DNA of 63,770 nucleotides from an uncultured Mycoplasmatota bacterium (GTDB lineage: Bacteria > Bacillota_I > Bacilli_A > RF39 > UBA660). The stretch spans positions 1 through 63,770 of the forward strand of contig UQVR01000003.1 of the NCBI GenBank assembly GCA_900544625.1, read 5' to 3'. Below are positions 27,696 through 37,131 of this stretch, piece by piece. The translations under genes were made by a program, and so were the position numbers. Within the stretch, counting starts at the first letter, position 1. Every line of letters begins with the position of its first letter. A model generated the notes under the pieces. That model ran no database searches and had not been told where the DNA came from. It saw only the letters and a list, made by a program, of their open reading frames with translations.

Positions 27696-29105
27696 ATGTT
27701 ATTTAGTAGTACAACATTTATATTTATGTTTTTAACACTTTTATTAATTTTATATTTTCCAATTAAGAATATTAAGTATAGAAATATAATTTTGTTAATT
27801 TTTTCATTAATCTTTTATTCATGGGGAGAACCTAAATATATATTTTTAATGCTTTTAACAGTATTAATTGCTTATATTTTCGGATTATTAATCGATAAAT
27901 ATAGAAAAGATAAAAAGAAAAGTAAATTATTTTTAGTAATTAGTATAATACTTATTTTGTTAAATTTATTTATATTTAAATATTTAGATTTTAGTATTGG
28001 AATTATTAATAGTATATTTAAAACAAATATTGGTTTAACAAAACTAGTTTTACCAATAGGTATTAGTTTTTATACATTTCAAATATTATCGTATGTTATA
28101 GATTTGTATTGGGGTAAAGTTGGAGTTCAAAAAAACTATTTTAGATTACTTTTATATGTTTCATTTTTTCCTCAATTAATTGCTGGCCCGATTGTTAGAT
28201 ATGAGACAGTAGAAAAAGAAATTAGTGATAGAAAAACCACCTTAGATGGCTTTATATCTGGCTTCAAGAGATTTATTTGGGGGCTTGCAAAAAAAGTCAT
28301 TGTAGCAAATAATGTAGCAATTTTTTGCGATTATGTTTATAATAATTATTCTTCTTATGGAAGCAATATTTTGTGGGTTGCAGCTGTTTGTTATACGCTT
28401 CAAATATATTTTGATTTTTCAGGATATAGTGATATGGCTATTGGCTTAGGAAAAATGTTTGGCTTTAATTTTTTAGAAAACTTTAATTATCCATATATAG
28501 CAACTAGTATTAATGATTTTTGGAGAAGATGGCATATTTCTTTATCAACTTTCTTTAGAGATTATGTTTATATTCCTCTTGGAGGAAATCGTGTTAGCAA
28601 AATAAAATTCATTAGAAACATTTTTATTGTATGGCTATTAACTGGTATATGGCATGGAGCAAGCTATAATTTTATTTTATGGGGATTATATTATGCTATT
28701 TTACTACTAATTGAAAAAATGGTTACTGGCAAGTATATTGAAAAATTACCAAAAGTTTTAAAAATACTTTATTCTTTATTTTTTATAACGTTAGGTTGGG
28801 TAATATTTAGAGTTGAAAATATAAATGATTTAATATTAGTAATTAAGAAAATGTTTAGTTTTAATAATACAAGTTTTGTAACTTTGTTTAATAATAATGC
28901 TATGCTTATTTCCACTGCACCTTATATTATATTAGGAATATTTTTATCATTGCCAATTGATAAATGGTTTAAGGAAAAAGTTGATAAATCCAATAGCGTA
29001 ATACTTACTTTAATTGAAGATTTAATTCTTGGTGTATTGTTTGGAATTTCAATTATGTTTTTGGTAAGTAATTCATATAATCCATTTATATATTTTAGAT
29101 TTTAA
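27696..29105 (+). CDS. MBOAT family O-acyltransferase (AlgI/DltB-like)
   Basis: 'FWRRWHISLSTFFRDYVYIPLGGNR', 'LTGIWHGASYNF'; polytopic. Confidence 0.85.
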   Translation: MLFSSTTFIFMFLTLLLILYFPIKNIKYRNIILLIFSLIFYSWGEPKYIFLMLLTVLIAYIFGLLIDKYRKDKKKSKLFLVISIILILLNLFIFKYLDFSIGIINSIFKTNIGLTKLVLPIGISFYTFQILSYVIDLYWGKVGVQKNYFRLLLYVSFFPQLIAGPIVRYETVEKEISDRKTTLDGFISGFKRFIWGLAKKVIVANNVAIFCDYVYNNYSSYGSNILWVAAVCYTLQIYFDFSGYSDMAIGLGKMFGFNFLENFNYPYIATSINDFWRRWHISLSTFFRDYVYIPLGGNRVSKIKFIRNIFIVWLLTGIWHGASYNFILWGLYYAILLLIEKMVTGKYIEKLPKVLKILYSLFFITLGWVIFRVENINDLILVIKKMFSFNNTSFVTLFNNNAMLISTAPYIILGIFLSLPIDKWFKEKVDKSNSVILTLIEDLILGVLFGISIMFLVSNSYNPFIYFRF

Positions 29106-29185
29106 TAAAATCGAGATCAAATTGTATAATTTTAAAATTAGCAAAAGTTGTAAAAAATGAAAGTTTAATCAGAAGGAGGATAAAA

Positions 29186-30292
29186 ATGATTAAAGTAATG
29201 AGTATATTTGGAACTAGACCAGAAGCTATAAAAATGGCACCTCTAGTAAAAGAATTAGAAAGAAGAAAAGAAATAGAAAGTATTGTTTGTGTAACTGCTC
29301 AACATAGAGAAATGCTTGATCAAGTGCTTAATACTTTTGATATTAAGCCAGATTATGATTTAAATATTATGAAGCAAGGTCAAAGTCTTGCAGATGTAAC
29401 AACTAGAGCATTAGTTGGACTTGAAGAGGTAATAAAAGAAGTTAAACCTGATATAGTTTTAGTTCATGGTGATACTACCACAACATTTGCAGGTGCACTA
29501 GCTGCTTTTTATAACCAAGTTGCTATTGGACATGTTGAAGCTGGACTTAGAACTTATGATAAATATTCACCATTTCCAGAAGAGATGAATCGTCAGTGTG
29601 TTGATAGAATGACAGATATGTATTTTGCACCAACGGAAATTAGTAAGAATAATTTACTTAAAGAAAATATTGATGAAAGTAAAATATATGTAACTGGAAA
29701 TACTGCAATTGATGCTATGTCTACGACCGTGGATGAAAATTATACACACCCAGAACTTGAATGGATTAAACCAGGAGAAAGAATGATTTTATTAACTGCT
29801 CATCGTAGAGAAAATCTTGGGGAACCAATGCGTCATATTTTCAGAGGTATTAAAAGAATAGTTGATGAATTTGATGATGTAAAGGTAATATATCCAATTC
29901 ATATGAATCCACGCGTAAGAGAAGTTGCAAATGAAGTATTTGGTGATGCTGATAGAGTTAAATTAATTGAACCGCTTGAAGTATTTGATTTTCATAATTT
30001 TCAAAACAAGTCATATATCATTTTAACTGATAGTGGAGGAATACAAGAAGAAGCACCAAGTTTAGGTAAACCAGTACTTGTTTTAAGAGATACAACAGAA
30101 AGACCAGAAGGAATAGCAGCAGGAACTCTAAAACTTGTGGGAACAGATGAAAAAGTAATATATGAAGAAACAAAAAAATTACTTACAAATAAAGAAGCTT
30201 ATGAAAAAATGAGTAAAGCATCCAATCCATATGGAGATGGACATGCAAGTGAAAGAATTGTAGATGCAATAGAAAAATATTTTAATAAATAA
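29186..30292 (+). CDS. mnaA: UDP-N-acetylglucosamine 2-epimerase (non-hydrolysing)
   Basis: 'IFGTRPEAIKMAPL', 'HVEAGLRT', 'TDSGGIQEEAPSLGKPVLVLRDTTERPEG'. Confidence 0.9.
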   Translation: MIKVMSIFGTRPEAIKMAPLVKELERRKEIESIVCVTAQHREMLDQVLNTFDIKPDYDLNIMKQGQSLADVTTRALVGLEEVIKEVKPDIVLVHGDTTTTFAGALAAFYNQVAIGHVEAGLRTYDKYSPFPEEMNRQCVDRMTDMYFAPTEISKNNLLKENIDESKIYVTGNTAIDAMSTTVDENYTHPELEWIKPGERMILLTAHRRENLGEPMRHIFRGIKRIVDEFDDVKVIYPIHMNPRVREVANEVFGDADRVKLIEPLEVFDFHNFQNKSYIILTDSGGIQEEAPSLGKPVLVLRDTTERPEGIAAGTLKLVGTDEKVIYEETKKLLTNKEAYEKMSKASNPYGDGHASERIVDAIEKYFNK

Positions 30293-30296
30293 TTTT

Positions 30297-30330
30297 AAAA
30301 ACGATACACAATTAAAAAGTATCGTTTTAA
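30297..30330 (+). terminator. rho-independent terminator (weak T-tract)
   Basis: ACGATAC (30301-30307) / GTATCGT (30319-30325) then TTT. Confidence 0.5.
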
Positions 30331-30461
30331 TATGTACTACAAAAATATAATTTTCTCAAATAAATATTTCCTCTTGATTATTTATCCATTTACCTTTATA
30401 ATAAAATTGTAGAGATATAAATGTATTAAAATATATTCTATAGAAAAATTGGAGGATTTAA

Positions 30462-32015
30462 ATGGAAAACATTCTTTTTGCCATTTTATCCCTTATTGTT
30501 GGAATTGTTATTGGATGTGGATTATTTTATGCAGTACTTGTCAATAAAACATCTAAATCCATGAAAAATGCTAATAAACTAATTGAAGATGCAAAGAAAG
30601 AAGCAGAAAAAAACAAAAGAGATGCATTACTTGAACTAAAACAAGAATCTTATAGATTGCGTCAAGAAACTGATGCAGAAATAAAATCAAGAAAAGCAGA
30701 AATATTACAATCTGAAGATAGATTATTAACTAGAGAAAATAATCTTGATAAAAGAGAAGAAATGTTACAAACTCGTGATAATGCATTACAAGAAAAAGAA
30801 AATGATTTATTAGCAAAACAAAAGAATTTACAAGAAAAAGAGGACAAAATGGATGCGCTATTAAAAGATGAACTTGCGCAACTTGAAAAAATTGCTGGAT
30901 ATAGCAAAGAAAAAGCACGAAAATTAATAATGGAACGTGTTGAAAGTGATATGGAATTAGAAATAACTAACTATATCAAAGAAGAAGAAGCAAAAGCTAG
31001 ACTTGAAGCTCATGAAGTGGCTAAACAACTAATTGTAAGCAGTATGGAAAGATATGCTGATGATGTTGTTGGAAATCAAACAGTAAGTACAATTGATTTA
31101 CCAAACGATGATATGAAAGGTAGATTAATCGGTCGTGAAGGAAGAAATATTAGAACTATTGAATCAGTAACGGGAGTTGATTTAATAATTGATGATACAC
31201 CTGAAGCAATTAGTTTATCATCATTTGATCCATTACGAAGAGAAATTGCTAAAATTACAATTGAAACATTAATTAAAGATGGAAGAATACATCCAGGTAG
31301 AATTGAAGAAGTTTATGATAAGACATTAAAAGATGTTAATGCTAGAATTATTCAAATTGGAAATCAAACAATTAATGATTTAGGAATAACTAAAATGGAT
31401 CCTGAATTAGTAACATTAATTGGTAAGTTAAATTTCCGTACAAGCTATGGTCAAAATGCTTTGAAACATTCCATTGAAGTTGCAAATCTTTGTGGATTGA
31501 TGGCTGCAGAGCTTGGTGAAAATGTAACACTTGCTAAAAGAGCTGGTCTATTACATGACATTGGAAAATCTATTGACTTTGAAGTTGAAGGAAGCCATGT
31601 TGAAATAGGGTTAGAGTTCGCTAAAAGACATCATGAACCAGATGTAGTACTAGATGCTATTGCATCACATCATGGGGATATTGAAGCAAAATCAACAATT
31701 GCCGTTTTAGTTGCTATTGCCGATACTTTATCAGCAGCAAGACCTGGAGCAAGAAATGATTCCCTAGAAAATTACATCAAGAGACTTGAACAACTTGAGG
31801 AAATTGGAAACTCATATGAAGGAGTTGAAAAGACATTCGCAATGCAAGCTGGTCGTGAACTTCGAGTAATTGTTAAACCTCAAGAAGTTGATGATGCTAA
31901 AAGTTACAAAATTGCTAGAGATATTAAAGAACAAATTGAAAATGAAATGCAATATCCTGGTACAATAAAAGTAACCGTAATAAGAGAAACAAGAGTACAA
32001 GAAGAAGCTAAATAA
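30462..32015 (+). CDS. rny: ribonuclease Y
   Basis: N-terminal TM, long coiled coil, KH 'IGREGRNIRTIE', HD 'LLHDIGK'; 517 aa. Confidence 0.95.
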   Translation: MENILFAILSLIVGIVIGCGLFYAVLVNKTSKSMKNANKLIEDAKKEAEKNKRDALLELKQESYRLRQETDAEIKSRKAEILQSEDRLLTRENNLDKREEMLQTRDNALQEKENDLLAKQKNLQEKEDKMDALLKDELAQLEKIAGYSKEKARKLIMERVESDMELEITNYIKEEEAKARLEAHEVAKQLIVSSMERYADDVVGNQTVSTIDLPNDDMKGRLIGREGRNIRTIESVTGVDLIIDDTPEAISLSSFDPLRREIAKITIETLIKDGRIHPGRIEEVYDKTLKDVNARIIQIGNQTINDLGITKMDPELVTLIGKLNFRTSYGQNALKHSIEVANLCGLMAAELGENVTLAKRAGLLHDIGKSIDFEVEGSHVEIGLEFAKRHHEPDVVLDAIASHHGDIEAKSTIAVLVAIADTLSAARPGARNDSLENYIKRLEQLEEIGNSYEGVEKTFAMQAGRELRVIVKPQEVDDAKSYKIARDIKEQIENEMQYPGTIKVTVIRETRVQEEAK

Positions 32016-32029
32016 GTTTCTTCTTTTTT
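31999..32029 (+). terminator. possible terminator overlapping the rny stop
   Basis: AAGAAG (32002-32007) / CTTCTT (32020-32025), 12-nt loop, T-run to 32029. Confidence 0.35.
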
Positions 32030-32110
32030 GGTTAAAAATTACTTTATTATATTGTCGAATTATGATATTATAAATACATAAGAAAAAAAATATAAAGGAG
32101 TAAAAAATAA

Positions 32111-33145
32111 ATGAAAAAAGCATTAAGTATAATAGGAAAAGTATTTTCGTTTTTAGGTGTTACTTTAGGAATGATTTTCATTGCCTTAGTTTTAACAATC
32201 ACATTAATTTGTCATGGACCAAGTGAAAGTGCCAAAGAATTGTTTGCAACCACAATATTAGAAACTGGCCAATTAAAGTTTTTAGCAAATGTATTCTTAA
32301 GTAAAGATGAATTACAAAAAATAGTGGATAAAAATTCTTTACAAGAGATGGATGATGAAGTGGATAAAAATTTAATTAATACTGAAGGAAACAAAGAAAA
32401 AGAATTAATTGAAATTCACAATGTTAGTGGAGATGGTTTTGAAGGAACAATGATGGTTGTAAATGATCCATCAAAGATTAGTTTAGCAACAACATATCCG
32501 TGGGGAGAATACGGAAAAGAACTTGGTGTAATCGTAGATGAAGCCGGAGCAATCGCTGGGGTTAATGGAGGAATTTACTATTCAAGTGGTAATAAAGGTG
32601 GAAGACCATATGGAGTTACTGTAAGTAATGGTGAAATTCAAGATATAACACTAGGTTGGTCTGGACTATATTTAATTGGTTTTGATGAAAATAATCTACT
32701 TCGAATCATAAGTCTAGAAGGAATGAATAAAAGTGCTGTTGAAAAAATGGTAAAAGAAGAAAAGATTAGGGATGCAATATCATTTCAAGAAGAATCATCT
32801 GATGCTAATAACCATTTTGTTAAATTAATCATAAATGGTGAAAAAAGAGAACTTAGTGGTAAAGGTAGTGGACAAAACCCAAGAACAGCAATTGGACAAA
32901 GAAAAGACGGAAGTGTACTTATTCTTGTAACAGATGGTCGAGGAAAAAATGGTCATCTTGGTGCAACCGCATCTGATTTAATTGAAATTATGGCAGAATA
33001 TGGTGCAGTAAACGCAGCCAATGTAGATGGAGGAAGTTCATCTTCATTATATTATAATAAAAAATATTTAAGAACTAGTGTAACATTTTATTACACCAAC
33101 TCATCATGGAGATTACCAACAGCATTTGTAGTAAAGGATAATTAA
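32111..33145 (+). CDS. phosphodiester glycosidase family protein (NAGPA/DUF2233-like), membrane-anchored
   Basis: N-terminal TM; 'AGVNGGIYY', 'PRTAIGQRKDGSVLILVTDGRG', 'AANVDGGSSSSLYY'. Confidence 0.7.
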   Translation: MKKALSIIGKVFSFLGVTLGMIFIALVLTITLICHGPSESAKELFATTILETGQLKFLANVFLSKDELQKIVDKNSLQEMDDEVDKNLINTEGNKEKELIEIHNVSGDGFEGTMMVVNDPSKISLATTYPWGEYGKELGVIVDEAGAIAGVNGGIYYSSGNKGGRPYGVTVSNGEIQDITLGWSGLYLIGFDENNLLRIISLEGMNKSAVEKMVKEEKIRDAISFQEESSDANNHFVKLIINGEKRELSGKGSGQNPRTAIGQRKDGSVLILVTDGRGKNGHLGATASDLIEIMAEYGAVNAANVDGGSSSSLYYNKKYLRTSVTFYYTNSSWRLPTAFVVKDN

Positions 33146-33146
33146 T

Positions 33147-34238
33147 ATGACAAAATCTAGAAGAAACAATTCATTATTTAAAAAAAGTTTAATAATATAC
33201 ACTCTAATCGCAGCAGTATTAGTTGTAGTTTTCTTAATTTATATATTTTTAACATTAAAGTCTTACGAAAAAGGTCAAACAACTAATGTTATAAAAGATA
33301 CAATTTTATCTTTAGATGATAGCACTCTAAAAGAATATTTGAAAGATAATAAACAAAGTGAAGACTTATTAAATGAATATAAAAAACAAATAAATGATAA
33401 AAATGTAAAAATAGTAAAAAAAGATAAGGATAATTATGAAGTAATATTAAATAATAGAGTATTATTTGAAATTACTACCAAATTTATTAGTACTGAAACT
33501 AAATTAGGAATATTTAGTTATGAAAAAAGAGAAATTACAAGCATTAAACCAAATTTGGAAAGAGGACTAATATTTTATGATGTTACAATACCAAGCACAT
33601 ATAAATTATATGTTAATAATAAGTTAGTGGAAGAACCAACAACAAAAGAAAAATATAAAAATTTAGATAATATGTATCAAAATGATTCGATGCCATACAT
33701 GGCAACATATGAAATAAATGGATTAACAAAAGAAGAAAGTATTAAAGTTGTAAATGAATATGACGAAGAAGTAAAATTAAAACAAAATAAATATTCTTAT
33801 ACTTTAGAAAAGAATTATATAAATGTTGATTCTTATGATGAAGCTAAAAAATATTTAAGTAGTGAAGTAGATATTTGGGATTTTGCTCACAAATGGAGTT
33901 TATTCTTAACAAATGATTTAAGCGGGTTAGCTCATGGATATAATACCATAAAAACATACTTTATTGAAGGAACATCAATGAGTAAGCAAGCATATAACTG
34001 GGCACATGGAATTGATATTAACTTTACAAGTAGACATAAACTAAAAGATCCTACTTTTACAAATGAAAAGTTAAATAATTTCACTATTTATAGTAAAGAT
34101 GCCTTTTCTTGTGAAATATATTTAGAAAAAAATATGATAGTAAATGGAAAAGATCAATTAGATGTAATGCATGACTATATATACTTTATAAAAGATAATG
34201 GAGTATGGAAAGTTGTAAATATTAAAGCGGGGGAATAA
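33147..34238 (+). CDS. membrane-anchored hypothetical protein
   Basis: Starts 1 nt after the previous stop; single N-terminal TM (IIYTLIAAVLVVVFLIYIFL); no motif recognised. Confidence 0.55.
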   Translation: MTKSRRNNSLFKKSLIIYTLIAAVLVVVFLIYIFLTLKSYEKGQTTNVIKDTILSLDDSTLKEYLKDNKQSEDLLNEYKKQINDKNVKIVKKDKDNYEVILNNRVLFEITTKFISTETKLGIFSYEKREITSIKPNLERGLIFYDVTIPSTYKLYVNNKLVEEPTTKEKYKNLDNMYQNDSMPYMATYEINGLTKEESIKVVNEYDEEVKLKQNKYSYTLEKNYINVDSYDEAKKYLSSEVDIWDFAHKWSLFLTNDLSGLAHGYNTIKTYFIEGTSMSKQAYNWAHGIDINFTSRHKLKDPTFTNEKLNNFTIYSKDAFSCEIYLEKNMIVNGKDQLDVMHDYIYFIKDNGVWKVVNIKAGE

Positions 34239-34239
34239 G

Positions 34240-35223
34240 ATGAATAAAGATGTTGTAGTATTAATACCGGTATACGATCCAAATGAAAAAATAATGCAAG
34301 AATTTTTAGATAAATTAGCAAAGAGTTTTGCAAATATAGTTTTTATAAATGATGGATGTAATAAAAAACATGACAAATACATGAATAATTTAGCTAAGAA
34401 ATATGAAGTAATAAAACATAATGTTAACTTAGGTAAAGGCCGAGGATTAAAAAATGGAATTAATTATATTCTAAATAATTATCCCAAAGCAAAAGTTATT
34501 GTAACTGCAGATTGTGATGGCCAACATAGTGTGGAAGACATAAAAAAATGTGCAGATGTTGCCAAGAAAAAATTAGATTCTTTAATTCTAGGTGTTAGAG
34601 ATTTCTCAAACGATTTAGTACCTACAAGATCTAAATTTGGCAATGTAATTACGAGAAATGTTTTATATTCTTTCGTCGGAGCAAAAGTAAGTGACACCCA
34701 AACTGGCTTAAGAGCAATGAGTTTTGATATCGCAAAAAAATTAATTGCGGTTGCTGGTGAAAGGTATGAATACGAAACAAATTGTTTAATAGAAACAAAA
34801 ATAAAAAATATACCAATTAAAGAAGTAATTATAGAAACAATATACATAAATGATAATGAAACAAGTCATTTCAATCCAGTTAAAGATTCAATCAGAGTTT
34901 ATAAGCTTTTTGCACCATACTTATTATTTGCATTATTTTCTTATATAATAGAAACGATAATATTTGCCAAAACTTATAATATATGTAAAGGCATATATGT
35001 TATACCATTATTTTTACTTTTAAGTAAAATAGTATCCAGTATAATAAAAATAATATTTAATAATCATATAAATATAAAATATATAATAATAAATTATTTA
35101 GTTACTTCAATAATATTAATTCTTATACCTAGTAATCAAGTATTAATAAAAGTAATCTTAGATATTATAATGTTTTTATTAAACATTTTCTTAATAAAAT
35201 TTAAAACTATAAAAGAAGCATAA
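34240..35223 (+). CDS. glycosyltransferase family 2 with C-terminal membrane helices
   Basis: 'VVLIPVYDPNE', 'FINDGC', 'VTADCDGQH', then ~3 C-terminal TM helices; starts 1 nt after the previous stop. Confidence 0.7.
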   Translation: MNKDVVVLIPVYDPNEKIMQEFLDKLAKSFANIVFINDGCNKKHDKYMNNLAKKYEVIKHNVNLGKGRGLKNGINYILNNYPKAKVIVTADCDGQHSVEDIKKCADVAKKKLDSLILGVRDFSNDLVPTRSKFGNVITRNVLYSFVGAKVSDTQTGLRAMSFDIAKKLIAVAGERYEYETNCLIETKIKNIPIKEVIIETIYINDNETSHFNPVKDSIRVYKLFAPYLLFALFSYIIETIIFAKTYNICKGIYVIPLFLLLSKIVSSIIKIIFNNHINIKYIIINYLVTSIILILIPSNQVLIKVILDIIMFLLNIFLIKFKTIKEA

Positions 35224-35227
35224 AAAG

Positions 35228-35249
35228 AACCACACAGTTGTGTGGTTTT
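35228..35249. terminator. bidirectional terminator between the GT2 gene and rnj
   Basis: AACCACACA (35228-35236) / TGTGTGGTT (35239-35247), flanked by A-run and T-run. Confidence 0.7.
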
Positions 35250-35250
35250 A

Positions 35251-36927
35251 CTATGCTTGATTTACTTCCATTATTACAGGCAATATAATTGGTTTTCTAC
35301 CTGTTAAATTATTTATAAAAGGTAGTAATTCTAAAATAATTTGATTTTTTAAATCAGTATAGCTATATGGAGCTTTTGCTAACGAAGCATTAACAACTTC
35401 ACTAATCTTTCTTTCTATTTTTTGCATTAGTTCTTGATTTTCATTTACTAAAACAAATCCTCTGGCAGTTACATTTGGTTTTAATAATAGTTTTCTTGTT
35501 AGAGTATTAATATTTAAAATAGTAATTAAAATACCATCTTGACTCATTAATTTACGATCTTTAATAACTACTGAACCAATATCACCGACACGAGAACCAT
35601 CAACATAAACATCTCCGGCTTGAACAGTGCCACCGCGTCTTACTTCGCCATTTAATAGTTCTATAACATCACCATTTGTACAAATAAATGTATTTTCTGG
35701 AGCAACTCCACATAATACACCAATTTCCGTATGTTTTTTTAGCATTCTATATTCACCATGCATTGGCATAAAGTATTTTGGTTTAATAATTCTAAGCATC
35801 CATTTTAATTCTTCTTCTTTAGCATGTCCAGAAGTATGAACATCACTAAATTCTGAATTGGTAAATACACGAACGCCTTTTAAATATAGTTTATTAATAA
35901 TTTTATTAATACTTTCGGCATTACCAGGAATAGGACTTGATGAGAAAATTACTAAGTCATCACCAAGCAGTGATATTTGTTTATGTTGTCCATTAGCAAT
36001 ACGAGATAATGCTGCAAGAGGTTCACCTTGAGAACCAGTACATAAAATACAAATTTCATTTCTCTTCAAACTTTTAGCATCGTTTGCATCAATAAACATT
36101 GATCTATCATTAATAAGTCCGTTATTTAAGGCAAGTTCAATACTGTTATCCATGCTTCTACCAAAAACAATTATTTTTCTTCCGTATTTTTTGCAGCTCT
36201 CAACAATATGTTTAATACGATAGATATTTGATGCAAATGTTGCAATAATAACTCTACCGTGATGTTTGCTAATCATATCATTTAAAGTTCCATCAACAGC
36301 GCTTTCACTTTTAGAGTATCCACTAGTTAGGGCATTTGTTGAGTCACTAAGAAGTAGGGTAACACCTTCAGCACCAAACCTTGCCATTTTGTGAATATCA
36401 GCCATTGGCCCAACTGGAGTTAAGTCAAATTTAAAGTCCCCGGTTTCAAATATAGTACCATTTGGTGTTTTAATAACTATCGCAAAACTATCAGGAATAG
36501 AGTGTGTAGTATTAATAAATGAAATATCAAAGTATTTAGTTTTAACATTAAAATCAGGTGTAATAATTTGATAATTATCATATTTTATATTTCTTTCAAC
36601 AAGTTTCTTTTCAATTAAATCTTTAGCAATTTTTGGTGTATAAATAACGGGTATATTAATAGCTTGAAGTAAAAATGGTATGCCACCAATATGATCTTCA
36701 TGCCCATGTGTTATAAATAAACCTTTAATTTTATCAACATTTTTCTTTAAATATGTAATATCTTGAATAACATAGTCAACACCAAGTAAATTATCTTCTG
36801 GAAACATTACTCCAGCATCTATAATTAATATTTCGTCATTATGTTCAACAACATACATATTTTTTCCAACTTCACCTAAGCCACCTAAAGCAATAACTTT
36901 TGTGGCAATATTATTTTTATTTTCCAC
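35251..36927 (-). CDS. rnj: ribonuclease J
   Basis: 'ALGGLGEVGKNMY', 'THGHEDHIGG' metallo-beta-lactamase motif, beta-CASP region; 558 aa. Confidence 0.95.
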   Translation of the reverse strand: MENKNNIATKVIALGGLGEVGKNMYVVEHNDEILIIDAGVMFPEDNLLGVDYVIQDITYLKKNVDKIKGLFITHGHEDHIGGIPFLLQAINIPVIYTPKIAKDLIEKKLVERNIKYDNYQIITPDFNVKTKYFDISFINTTHSIPDSFAIVIKTPNGTIFETGDFKFDLTPVGPMADIHKMARFGAEGVTLLLSDSTNALTSGYSKSESAVDGTLNDMISKHHGRVIIATFASNIYRIKHIVESCKKYGRKIIVFGRSMDNSIELALNNGLINDRSMFIDANDAKSLKRNEICILCTGSQGEPLAALSRIANGQHKQISLLGDDLVIFSSSPIPGNAESINKIINKLYLKGVRVFTNSEFSDVHTSGHAKEEELKWMLRIIKPKYFMPMHGEYRMLKKHTEIGVLCGVAPENTFICTNGDVIELLNGEVRRGGTVQAGDVYVDGSRVGDIGSVVIKDRKLMSQDGILITILNINTLTRKLLLKPNVTARGFVLVNENQELMQKIERKISEVVNASLAKAPYSYTDLKNQIILELLPFINNLTGRKPIILPVIMEVNQA

Positions 36928-37083
36928 TTAAAAATTCCTTCTTTCTTTAAAATAAAATTAATTCATAAAGTTACTGAACTAAAGATATTATAGCAAATAT
37001 TTAATATTTTGTCCATTATTTTTGAAATATTTATGTTTTTGAAAAAGATTACCATTACAAGTAATATCTTATTTATGAACAAA

Positions 37084-37112
37084 TTGCAATACAAAGTTAT
37101 TTTTGATATAAT
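37084..37112 (+). promoter_or_regulatory. sigma-A-type promoter of ftsY
   Basis: TTGCAA (37084-37089) - 17 nt - TGa-TATAAT (37107-37112); lies inside the ORF-track N-terminal extension. Confidence 0.55.
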
Positions 37113-37131
37113 GTTTTTACGGAGGTTAATC

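Noticed and set aside
36963-37131. N-terminal extension of ftsY (track start 37009) and antisense ORF 36963-37337
   Set aside because: A near-consensus promoter (37084-37112) and a GGAGG RBS lie inside the extension. FtsY homology begins at the ATG at 37132, and the extension is hydrophobic nonsense.
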